A stretch of 52,864 nucleotides of DNA from NCBI GenBank assembly GCA_043802865.1, contig JAZDKQ010000031.1, positions 1 to 52,864 on the forward strand, read 5' to 3'. The notes beneath the pieces were generated by a model that made no database searches, had not been told where the DNA came from, and saw only the letters and a list, made by a program, of their open reading frames with translations. Positions 17,674-24,756 of the stretch are shown here, in pieces; the first letter of the stretch is position 1, and every line of letters starts with the position of its first letter. A program made the position numbers and the translations under genes. The stretch is from Candidatus Moraniibacteriota bacterium. Its GTDB lineage: Bacteria; Patescibacteriota; Minisyncoccia; Moranbacterales; UBA11712.

Positions 17674-17682
17674 TGATATAAT
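17674..17682 (+). promoter_or_regulatory. extended -10 promoter element (TGATATAAT) for the islet genes
   Basis: TGaTATAAT at 17674-17682. The same 9-mer recurs upstream of the clp-like gene (32261-32269) and the response regulator (50328-50336). The -35 region overlaps the TTATCCACA box. Confidence 0.4.
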
Positions 17683-17740
17683 AATAGTGATATAGTGATA
17701 GTGTTGGCAAAAAGAGACATAAGCAAAATAAAATAAAAAA

Positions 17741-17989
17741 ATGGCCAAGGACAAAAAAATATTATCAAACATAAAAGAAAATCCCTTTTTTCAAAAAGAT
17801 AATTTTGTCATATTTAAGTCTGATTGCTTGAAAATACTAGAACAACTTCCGGAAAATTCAATTGATATGATCTTCGCTGATCCGCCATACTTTCTTTCCA
17901 ACGGAGGCTTTACCTGCAAAAGTGGGAAGATGGTTAGTGTGGATAAAGGCAAGTGGGACGCGACCAATACCATAGAAAATAATTTTTAG
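17741..17989 (+). pseudogene. 5' stub (82 codons) of a beta-class N6-adenine/N4-cytosine DNA methyltransferase (DpnIIB/DpnA-like)
   Basis: DCLKILEQLPENSIDMIFADPPYFLSNGG carries motif IV (DPPY). The ORF stops after about 80 aa, and the C-terminal SAM-binding motif I (FxGxG) expected in beta-class enzymes is absent. The DpnI-type gene starts 4 nt later. Confidence 0.75.
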
Positions 17990-17992
17990 TTT

Positions 17993-18763
17993 ATGAATTT
18001 ATTTTTCGATACGAAATTAGCCGATGATTATTCAAGCTTATCGCAAAAAATAAGGGTTTTAACGGAGAATTGGGTTGATAAGCAAGTCTATTGTCCAAAT
18101 TGTGGACATTTAGATATTGATAAATACGGAAACAATAAACCAGTTGCTGATTTTTTCTGTTCAAATTGCAAGGAAGAATACGAGTTAAAAAGTAAAAAAG
18201 TTTCTATCGGGACGAAAATAGTTGACGGTGCCTATAAGACAATGCTTGAGAGATTGCAAAGCACGAATAACCCGAATTTTTTTCTACTCAACTATAATTT
18301 ATCTGATTTTTCCGTATTGAATTTTCTTGTTATCCCAAAGCATTTTTTTGTTCCTGATATTATTGAGAAGCGTAAGGCATTATCGCAAACAGCAAGGCGT
18401 GCCGGTTGGATCGGTTGCAATATTTTATTGCAAAGTATTCCGCAAACTGGAAAAATATTTTTTGTAAAAAATCGAAGAATTGAATCAAAAGAAAACGTTG
18501 TTGCAAATTGGCAAAAAACTCTTTTTCTAAGAGATGAAAAAGAAGTAAGTGTAAAGGGTTGGCTTTTGGATACTATGAGTTGTATTGAAAAACTGGAAAG
18601 AAAAGAATTTACACTTGATGAACTTTATGCGTTTGAAAGTTTTTTAAACAAGAAGCATCCTGAAAACAAACATATAAAAGATAAAATTCGTCAGCAATTG
18701 CAAGTTCTGAGGGATAAAGGATATTTAAAGTTTATAAATCGAGGCAAATATCAATTAATATGA
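17993..18763 (+). CDS. DpnI-type methyl-directed (G6mATC-specific family) type IIM restriction endonuclease
   Basis: End-to-end resemblance, recalled from memory, to S. pneumoniae DpnI: YCPNCG...NKPVADFFCSNCKEEYELKSKK (Zn ribbon plus PD-(D/E)XK), DGAYKTM, NNPNFFLLNY, ARRAGWIGCNI, EFTLDELYAFES, NKHIKDKIRQQLQVLRDKGYL..RGKY (winged-helix half). Confidence 0.88.
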   Translation: MNLFFDTKLADDYSSLSQKIRVLTENWVDKQVYCPNCGHLDIDKYGNNKPVADFFCSNCKEEYELKSKKVSIGTKIVDGAYKTMLERLQSTNNPNFFLLNYNLSDFSVLNFLVIPKHFFVPDIIEKRKALSQTARRAGWIGCNILLQSIPQTGKIFFVKNRRIESKENVVANWQKTLFLRDEKEVSVKGWLLDTMSCIEKLERKEFTLDELYAFESFLNKKHPENKHIKDKIRQQLQVLRDKGYLKFINRGKYQLI

Positions 18764-18936
18764 AACTGAAAAACTTTATAGAAAAACTCGAGGAAATTTC
18801 AAGGGAGCATGGCGAGGAATCGGAAGTTATTATGGCCGATGATATTGCAGTTATTGAGCCAGTTTTTTCAGATCAGTATGGTGGCAAAAAAGTTGTAATA
18901 ACTGATCAAAAATTAAATACAAAAAGGCTTATTTAG
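18760..18936 (+). CDS. 58-aa acidic small protein, translationally coupled to the DpnI-type gene (below the ORF-track cutoff)
   Basis: ATG at 18760 overlaps the DpnI TGA (ATGA). Translation: MKLKNFIEKLEEISREHGEESEVIMADDIAVIEPVFSDQYGGKKVVITDQKLNTKRLI. Resembles small phage/plasmid-borne proteins in pattern only. Confidence 0.42.
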   Translation: MKLKNFIEKLEEISREHGEESEVIMADDIAVIEPVFSDQYGGKKVVITDQKLNTKRLI

Positions 18937-19133
18937 TACTTTGCGGCGGCGGCTGGTCTTTAAGAAAATTTTATACTTCCGGGGAATTGGAGAAATACCT
19001 CGAATATAGAGATGTGGTATATATAATGGCTCTTGAAAATTTTATTGCAAAAGCAAATAAGGGGGAATTATAATTAAACTTATTTCAAAATGACCAATGA
19101 AGCAAAACCAAAAATGAAAGGAGGTGAAAAATA

Positions 19134-19343
19134 ATGGCTAGATACAATAGAAATAGGGGAAAACCGATAACCCAAAAGGATATTCAGGCTGTTAGAATAC
19201 TCGCAAAGAAAAATACTCCAACGGGAATCATTAGTTTGGATATCGGCAGGACTGAAGATTCGGTCAGAAAAATTGCTTCGAATAATAATATTAGTCTGAA
19301 GCCCACAAATCAGAAGCCCTACAACCGCAGAAAAAGCTCGTAA
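19134..19343 (+). CDS. 69-aa basic protein with HTH-like core
   Basis: Strong SD AAAGGAGGTGA 6 nt upstream. The core ITQKDIQAVRILAKKNTPTGIISLDIGRTEDSVRKIA has a helix-turn-helix-like pattern reminiscent of the GcrA N-terminal fold. Basic tail. Confidence 0.5.
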   Translation: MARYNRNRGKPITQKDIQAVRILAKKNTPTGIISLDIGRTEDSVRKIASNNNISLKPTNQKPYNRRKSS

Positions 19344-19438
19344 GTAATATAAAAAACAATGCGTGATTGTTACAGCTTTTTCGCCCAAATAGGCAGGTGG
19401 AGACGCGGATGAAAAACAGTAAAACAGCGCGAAGTTTC

Positions 19439-19465
19439 CCAGCTCGAAAGGGCTGGTTTTTGTTT
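19439..19465 (+). terminator. putative terminator closing the islet
   Basis: CCAGC (19439-19443) / GCTGG (19452-19456) followed by TTTTTGTTT. Confidence 0.4.
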
Positions 19466-19480
19466 CTATATTTCAACCTA

Positions 19481-19508
19481 TTGACAAAAAATCCTGAAAG
19501 CTTATAAT
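19481..19508 (+). promoter_or_regulatory. sigma70-type promoter of the infA-rpoA operon
   Basis: TTGACA (19481-19486), 16-nt spacer, TATAAT (19503-19508). Confidence 0.55.
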
Positions 19509-19616
19509 AACGCTAGAGTTAAAAAACTTAAAAAGAACGATATTCAAGCCCTTGGATTGATCCGCAGACAGTGAAAAGAAGATCTTCTAATGGGGCAAAG
19601 GCCTTTGTTTTTATTT

Positions 19617-19835
19617 ATGTCAAATGACAAGGAAATAATTAAGCTGGACGGGGTGATAAGAGAAACCCTCCCAAGCACCACGTTCAAGGTGGAACTTGAA
19701 AATGGCCATGAAATTTTGGCGCATATTTCCGGCCGGATGAGAGTGAATTATATCCGCCTTCTGCCGGGAGACAGGGTTACCGTCGAAATGAGTCCTTATG
19801 ATCTCACTAAAGGGCGTATAGTAAAACGACTATGA
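19617..19835 (+). CDS. infA: translation initiation factor IF-1
   Basis: [72 protein letters not shown] is full-length IF-1. The track ORF starts at 19590, but the ATG at 19617 fits homologues. Confidence 0.9.
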   Translation: MSNDKEIIKLDGVIRETLPSTTFKVELENGHEILAHISGRMRVNYIRLLPGDRVTVEMSPYDLTKGRIVKRL

Positions 19836-19945
19836 AAGTACGAGCTTCAGTCAAAAAAATTTGTATTAAGTGCAAGATCGTTCGGCGGAAAGGCAAACTT
19901 TTTGTTATCTGCACAAACCCAAAACATAAGCAAAGACAAGGATAA
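19832..19945 (+). CDS. rpmJ: 50S ribosomal protein L36 (37 aa; below the ORF-track cutoff)
   Basis: [41 protein letters not shown] overlap with infA. CxxC...C...H zinc motif. Confidence 0.92.
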   Translation: MKVRASVKKICIKCKIVRRKGKLFVICTNPKHKQRQG

Positions 19946-19948
19946 AAT

Positions 19949-20338
19949 ATGGCCAGAATTGCCGGGGTAAGCATTCCCGATGACAAAAGAATAGTAATCG
20001 CTCTCACCTATATCTATGGCGTAGGTCTTTCAAGAAGCAAAGAAACGCTGGAAGCTTTGAATTTGAGCGCGGACACGCGAACCAAGGATCTCGCTGAAGC
20101 GGATGTGAATAAGCTCAAAGACTATATTGAAAAAAATTTCACAATTGAGGGTGAATTGAAGCATCAAAAGCAGATGAATATCCGGAGACTCAAAGATATT
20201 GGCTGTTATCGGGGCATTCGCCACACGAAGGGACTCACTGTCCGAGGCCAAAGGACACGGACAAATACGCGAACTGTTCGTGGAAATGTGAGAAAAACGG
20301 CCGGAAGCGGAAGGCGCAAAGCAGCGGAAAAGACATAG
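19949..20338 (+). CDS. rpsM: 30S ribosomal protein S13
   Basis: MARIAGVSIPDDKRIVIALTYIYGVG...RGIRH..GL.VRGQRTRTN. Confidence 0.95.
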   Translation: MARIAGVSIPDDKRIVIALTYIYGVGLSRSKETLEALNLSADTRTKDLAEADVNKLKDYIEKNFTIEGELKHQKQMNIRRLKDIGCYRGIRHTKGLTVRGQRTRTNTRTVRGNVRKTAGSGRRKAAEKT

Positions 20339-20348
20339 TTTAGTAGCC

Positions 20349-20375
20349 AGTATTTTGTATATAGTATTTAGTATT
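20349..20375. repeat. heptad-periodic AT-rich motif (AGTATTT TGTATAT AGTATTT AGTATT)
   Basis: Near-identical copy at 48912-48945, which carries a 7-nt insertion CTTGTAT. Related to the (ATACAAA)n repeat at 12182-12206 on the other strand. Confidence 0.7.
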
Positions 20376-20379
20376 CTGT

Positions 20380-20913
20380 ATGGCAAAGGAAACTATTAAA
20401 AAAGAGGATATAAAAGCTCAAAAAACTGACGAAAAATCAGAAGTTGTTGTTGTTGATAAAGTTGATAAAAAAGAAGAAAAAGGCGAATCTGTGACCGAAA
20501 AAAAAGCTGAATCAGCGGACAAAGAAAGGGCAGTCGAAGTAAAGAAGAAAAAGAAGATTCGCCGGCAAATTCTCAAGGGACAAGCGCATATTCAATGCAC
20601 ATACAATAATACCCTGGTTACTTTTTCCGATATGAGCGGGAAGGTTCTTGCCTGGTCAAGCGCCGGATCTTTGGGCTTCAAGGGAGCGAAAAAGGCTACT
20701 CCATATGCCGCGACTCAAATTGTGAATGCCGCCTCAGAAAAAGTGTCCAAATACGGCTTGAGAGAGATAGATGTTTTCGTCAAGGGAGTCGGAAGCGGTC
20801 GTGAAGCGTCGATACGGGCTTTGGTGAACAATGATTTTGACATACAGCTAATCAAGGACATTACGCCGGTTCCGCACAACGGATGCCGACCGAAAAAACC
20901 GCGAAGAGTATAA
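20380..20913 (+). CDS. rpsK: 30S ribosomal protein S11 with an approximately 45-aa K/E-rich N-terminal extension
   Basis: The core GQAHIQCTYNNTLVTFSD..G.VLAWSSAG..GFKG.KK.TPYAA...DITPVPHNGCRPKKPRRV is canonical S11. The N-terminus MAKETIKKEDIKAQKTDEKSEVVVVDKVDKKEEKGES... is extra. Confidence 0.93.
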   Translation: MAKETIKKEDIKAQKTDEKSEVVVVDKVDKKEEKGESVTEKKAESADKERAVEVKKKKKIRRQILKGQAHIQCTYNNTLVTFSDMSGKVLAWSSAGSLGFKGAKKATPYAATQIVNAASEKVSKYGLREIDVFVKGVGSGREASIRALVNNDFDIQLIKDITPVPHNGCRPKKPRRV

Positions 20914-20917
20914 ACAT

Positions 20918-21556
20918 ATGACCAAAATATCCGCCAAATGCAAATTGTGCCGCCGTGCCGGTGAAAAACTCTTCCTAAAGGGCGATCGTTGTGGTACGCC
21001 CAAATGCGCGATGATCCGAAAACCGACGCCTCCGGGAATGCACACGCCCAAAGGACGAAGAGTCAACAAGAGCGAATACGGCCAGCAGCTTGCGATGAAA
21101 CAGCGCATAAAGAGAATTTATGCTGTGATGGAGCGGCAATTGAGAAAATATTTTCAGGAAGTGCAAAACAAGCAAGGTACAGTTGGCGATCTTCTCATGC
21201 AAAAGCTTGAAATGCGGCTTGACAACGTGATATACAGGGCAGGACTCGCTTCCAGCCGGCGCCAAGCCCGCCAATTGGCCAGGCACGGCTCTTTTGCGAT
21301 AAATGGAAAGAATGTGAATATACCCTCTCTTGAACTGAAAATAGGCGACAAGGTGAATATCCGCGAAAACAAGCAAAGTAATGAACATTTCAAGCAGATT
21401 CTGCCTATTATAAAAGAAAAAAAAGGAATCGGACAGCCGAATTGGATTGAAATCGATCCCAAGGATATAATTTTGGAAATAAAAGGAAAGCCGACCGTAT
21501 CCGATCTGGGCAGCGGCATAGATGTTCAAATGGTGATCGAATTTTATTCGCGCTAA
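20918..21556 (+). CDS. rpsD: 30S ribosomal protein S4
   Basis: CKLCRRAGEKLFLKGDRC...YG.QL..KQ..K..Y...E.Q; RLDNVIYRAGLASSRRQARQLARHG (S4 domain). Confidence 0.95.
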   Translation: MTKISAKCKLCRRAGEKLFLKGDRCGTPKCAMIRKPTPPGMHTPKGRRVNKSEYGQQLAMKQRIKRIYAVMERQLRKYFQEVQNKQGTVGDLLMQKLEMRLDNVIYRAGLASSRRQARQLARHGSFAINGKNVNIPSLELKIGDKVNIRENKQSNEHFKQILPIIKEKKGIGQPNWIEIDPKDIILEIKGKPTVSDLGSGIDVQMVIEFYSR

Positions 21557-21578
21557 ATAAATTTTTAATTTAAAAAAA

Positions 21579-22568
21579 ATGCAAAAAATAACGCTGTCTT
21601 CGCATCCCAAATACACTCAAATCGAAAAAAACATCGGAAAGATCGAAATTGACGGATGCTATCCCGGATATGGCACGACTCTCGGCAACACTCTTCGTCG
21701 GGTACTTCTTTCTTCGCTTCCGGGTACGGCGGCGACTTCAGTGAAAGTCAAGGGCATTTCGCATGAATACTCGACTATTCCCGGCGTGTTGGAAGACGCG
21801 ATCCAAATAATTCTCAATCTCAAAAAAATAAGATTCCATTCGCATAAAGACGAACCGGTGAAATTGACCCTCAAAGAAAAGGGGCTGAAAAAGATAACTG
21901 CCGGTGACATACAATGCCCTTCTGATGTGGAAGTGATCAACAAAGACGCGCTGATTGCCACCATAACGGACAAAAAAGGCGAAGTTGAGATGGAAATCGA
22001 AGTCCAAAACGGGCTCGGCTATGTTCCCGTGGAGCAGCAGATAAGAGAAACGAAAGAAATCGGCCTTATTGCGATTGACGCCGTGTTTACTCCTGTGCGA
22101 AGAGTGAATTATTCCGTTGAAAACACCCGCGTCGGAAAAAGAACTGATTTTGACAAAATTACTCTCGAGATCGAAACAGACGGTTCGATTGATCCCAGGG
22201 AAGCCTACGAAAAAGCGGTCAAGCTTATTGTTGAACAATTCGAAAATATCAAGGATTTTGAAATCGAACAAAAAGAGAAAGTTCAGCCGGAAGTTGGGAC
22301 AGCCGTGGAAGACAAGAAAAAAGCGGACGAAGCCATCGAAGAAAAAAGAGAATTTGCCAAAGAAGAGTCATTGAATACGGGCATTGAAGCTCTTTCTCTC
22401 TCAACAAGAACCATGAATGTGCTTGAAAAAGGAAAATTGAAAACAGTTTCGGATTTGATCGCTCTTAGCGAAGAACAAATAATGGATCTTGAGGGAATGG
22501 GTGGAAAAGGAATCAAGGAGATCAAAAAAGCGATCGGTAATTTCGGCCTGACTCTGAAGGCTCAATAA
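21579..22568 (+). CDS. rpoA: DNA-directed RNA polymerase subunit alpha
   Basis: PGYGTTLGNTLRRVLLSSLPG.A; C-terminal domain LSLSTRTMNVLEKGKLKTVSDL. Operon position between rpsD and rplQ. Confidence 0.95.
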   Translation: MQKITLSSHPKYTQIEKNIGKIEIDGCYPGYGTTLGNTLRRVLLSSLPGTAATSVKVKGISHEYSTIPGVLEDAIQIILNLKKIRFHSHKDEPVKLTLKEKGLKKITAGDIQCPSDVEVINKDALIATITDKKGEVEMEIEVQNGLGYVPVEQQIRETKEIGLIAIDAVFTPVRRVNYSVENTRVGKRTDFDKITLEIETDGSIDPREAYEKAVKLIVEQFENIKDFEIEQKEKVQPEVGTAVEDKKKADEAIEEKREFAKEESLNTGIEALSLSTRTMNVLEKGKLKTVSDLIALSEEQIMDLEGMGGKGIKEIKKAIGNFGLTLKAQ

Positions 22569-22572
22569 ACAC

Positions 22573-22959
22573 ATGAAGCACAAAAAAAGCGGTCGAAAAT
22601 TTAGCCGGGAAAAAAATCAAAGGGAAGCCATGCTCAAGATCATGCTTGGTGATTTGCTTTTGAAAAAAAGAATTACAACCACGCTAGCCAAGGCAAAAGA
22701 GCTGAAAATGATCGCGGAAAAAATCATCGGCCGGACAAAAAAACCCGAATCTTTGCGGTTTTTGAAATCAAAACTTCCGCAAAACATTGATTTGAAGACC
22801 CTTCGTGGCATTGCTTTGATCGCGGCTCCGAAGGAAAGCGGATACTTGAGAGTCATCAAAAAAGGACGACGCCTCTCTGACAGCGCGCCAATGGCCATTC
22901 TTGAGATTATTGACGAAGGCAAAAAAACTGATAAAGAATCCAATAAAGAAAAAGCATGA
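22573..22959 (+). CDS. rplQ: 50S ribosomal protein L17
   Basis: MKHKKSGRKFSREKNQREAMLKIMLGDLL...ITTTLAKAKELK...AEKII. Confidence 0.92.
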   Translation: MKHKKSGRKFSREKNQREAMLKIMLGDLLLKKRITTTLAKAKELKMIAEKIIGRTKKPESLRFLKSKLPQNIDLKTLRGIALIAAPKESGYLRVIKKGRRLSDSAPMAILEIIDEGKKTDKESNKEKA

Positions 22960-23399
22960 ACAAGAAACCAACATCAGTGGAAAAATATTATCTCTTCAAT
23001 TGTGAGGACTTCATTTTGGGGCGTATGGCGGCCAAGATCGCTTTTGTTTTGCAAGGAAAAGACAGGCCGGATTTCGCTCCGAACGTCGAGAGCGCCATCG
23101 GGATCATCGCGACAAACTCAGATAAATTAAGAGTGAGCGGCCGCAAAAAAGACGAAAAAACATACCATACATATTCAGGTTATCCCGGGGGTATAACTTC
23201 CCGAAAACTCAAAGATGTCATTGAGAGAGACTCTCGCCAAGCTGTTTGGAATGCTGTTTATGGAATGTTGCCCAAAAACAAATTAAGAGACAGGTTGATG
23301 AAAAAAATGCTTATTTGCAAGGATGAGACCCACGGCGTGGTCAATGGTGAAATCGAAAAGGTTTTTCCCGCTCCAACTGTTGATAAACAAAATAACTAG
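22956..23399 (+). CDS. rplM: 50S ribosomal protein L13
   Basis: LGRMAAKIAFVLQGKDRPDF.P; KTYHTYSGYPGG; MLPKNKL. ATGA overlap with rplQ. Confidence 0.93.
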   Translation: MNKKPTSVEKYYLFNCEDFILGRMAAKIAFVLQGKDRPDFAPNVESAIGIIATNSDKLRVSGRKKDEKTYHTYSGYPGGITSRKLKDVIERDSRQAVWNAVYGMLPKNKLRDRLMKKMLICKDETHGVVNGEIEKVFPAPTVDKQNN

Positions 23400-23411
23400 A
23401 TATTTTATCTT

Positions 23412-23873
23412 ATGCCCGTCAAAAAATCATTAAAAAAAGAAGAAAAGAAAGCGCCGGAAAAAATCAAACCGGCCGAAAAGTATTTTCGAGGCATAGGCCG
23501 GCGAAAGCTTTCTATTGCAGGGGCAAAACTATTTCTTGCTTCGGCAAATGAGACGAATCAGGAATTTTTGATCAACAAGAAGCATTACAAAGAATATTTT
23601 CCTCTGGCCGAGCTTCAGGATATCGTTTCCTCGCCCCTCAAGGCCGTTGCAGTGAAGATATCAAGAATAACCATTGCGGTGAGGGGCGGAGGCATGAGAG
23701 GGCAAGCTGAGGCTTCCAGATTGGGTATTGCCAGAGCTTTGGTGCTGATTGACGAAACATTCAAGAAGCCTTTGCGGGATCTTGGATATCTCACTCGCGA
23801 TGCTCGGATCGTGGAAAGAAAAAAAGCCGGACTCAAAAAGGCCCGCCGAGCGCCTCAATTCTCGAAACGATAA
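23412..23873 (+). CDS. rpsI: 30S ribosomal protein S9
   Basis: [10 protein letters not shown]; [20 protein letters not shown]; [26 protein letters not shown]. Confidence 0.93.
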   Translation: MPVKKSLKKEEKKAPEKIKPAEKYFRGIGRRKLSIAGAKLFLASANETNQEFLINKKHYKEYFPLAELQDIVSSPLKAVAVKISRITIAVRGGGMRGQAEASRLGIARALVLIDETFKKPLRDLGYLTRDARIVERKKAGLKKARRAPQFSKR

Positions 23874-23878
23874 AAAAT

Positions 23879-23906
23879 TTGACATAGCCAAAACAATTGA
23901 TATTAT
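23879..23906 (+). promoter_or_regulatory. sigma70-type promoter
   Basis: TTGACA (23879-23884), 16-nt spacer, TATTAT (23901-23906), upstream of ORF 23953. Confidence 0.45.
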
Positions 23907-23952
23907 AGTTTAAAGAACATTAATAACTTAACTAGAAAGGAAGGTGTATTAA

Positions 23953-24606
23953 GTGGAAAAAGATCCCGTTGCTTCTGAAGATCAAGAAGAGACTTCAGAA
24001 GATGGGAGGGAAAACATGAAGGCATGGTTCACAGAGAACATGCGAATGATTGTGAGTGTTGTCATCGTTGTCGTTATTGCCGCGGGGATATATACGTATT
24101 CGAAAAGAGCGCAAGCTCCGAATGCCCCAAGCAAAATTGCTTCTACCGAGCAAAACGCTGAAGGAAAAATCAGTGTGATCGGCGGAGACAATGAAAGCGC
24201 CGATACGGAAAACGCAGCAACTGATCAAGCACAAGTTTCGGAAGAGGTGCAACCACAAGCGCAACCGGCTGAAAAATCTCCGATTGTAGCGCCTCAAACA
24301 AGCCAGGAAACAGAAGCTTCTTTTGTGGAAACTGCCGCGAAGGGAGATGGAAGCACAAATCTCGCACGCAGAGCTTTGGCGAACTACCTGGAAAAAAATG
24401 CGGATTCGAGCCTTTCGGCGGAACAAAAGATCTATATCGAAGACTCTCTCCGTCGCCAAGTGAAGAACGGACGTTTGAAAGTAGGCGATACAAGGGAATT
24501 CAGCAAAAACACGATTGCCAAGGCGATTGAAAAATCCAAAGGACTCAATGAAAAACAACTCCAAAATCTGCAGAAATACGCGCAGAGAGTTCCCGGACTG
24601 AAATAG
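23953..24606 (+). CDS. single-pass membrane protein, unknown function (GTG start)
   Basis: Acidic N-terminus, TM helix MRMIVSVVIVVVIAAGIYTY, Q/E/A-rich linker, conserved-looking C-terminal domain. No family recognised. Confidence 0.5.
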   Translation: MEKDPVASEDQEETSEDGRENMKAWFTENMRMIVSVVIVVVIAAGIYTYSKRAQAPNAPSKIASTEQNAEGKISVIGGDNESADTENAATDQAQVSEEVQPQAQPAEKSPIVAPQTSQETEASFVETAAKGDGSTNLARRALANYLEKNADSSLSAEQKIYIEDSLRRQVKNGRLKVGDTREFSKNTIAKAIEKSKGLNEKQLQNLQKYAQRVPGLK

Positions 24607-24648
24607 AATTTGAAATAAAGACTGTTCCTTTTGAATAATATTAACCAG

Positions 24649-24672
24649 AAAATCGGCAACCGCCGGTTTTTT
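24649..24672 (+). terminator. rho-independent terminator
   Basis: AAAATCGGC-aacc-GCCGGTTTTTT: a short GC stem extended by A/T pairs, followed by a T-run. Confidence 0.45.
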
Positions 24673-24756
24673 GGTATAAAGATATGAATATGGGTGTACA
24701 AACAAAGAAAGATATTCTACTATAAAACTGGTAAGTCCAATATAATTTTTCAAATT

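Noticed and set aside
19080-19388. 102-aa minus-strand ORF overlapping the 69-aa HTH-like ORF.
   Set aside because: It has no SD, and the hydrophobic, low-complexity translation is unconvincing. The plus-strand ORF has a near-perfect SD and a coherent HTH-like sequence, so the minus ORF is considered a shadow.
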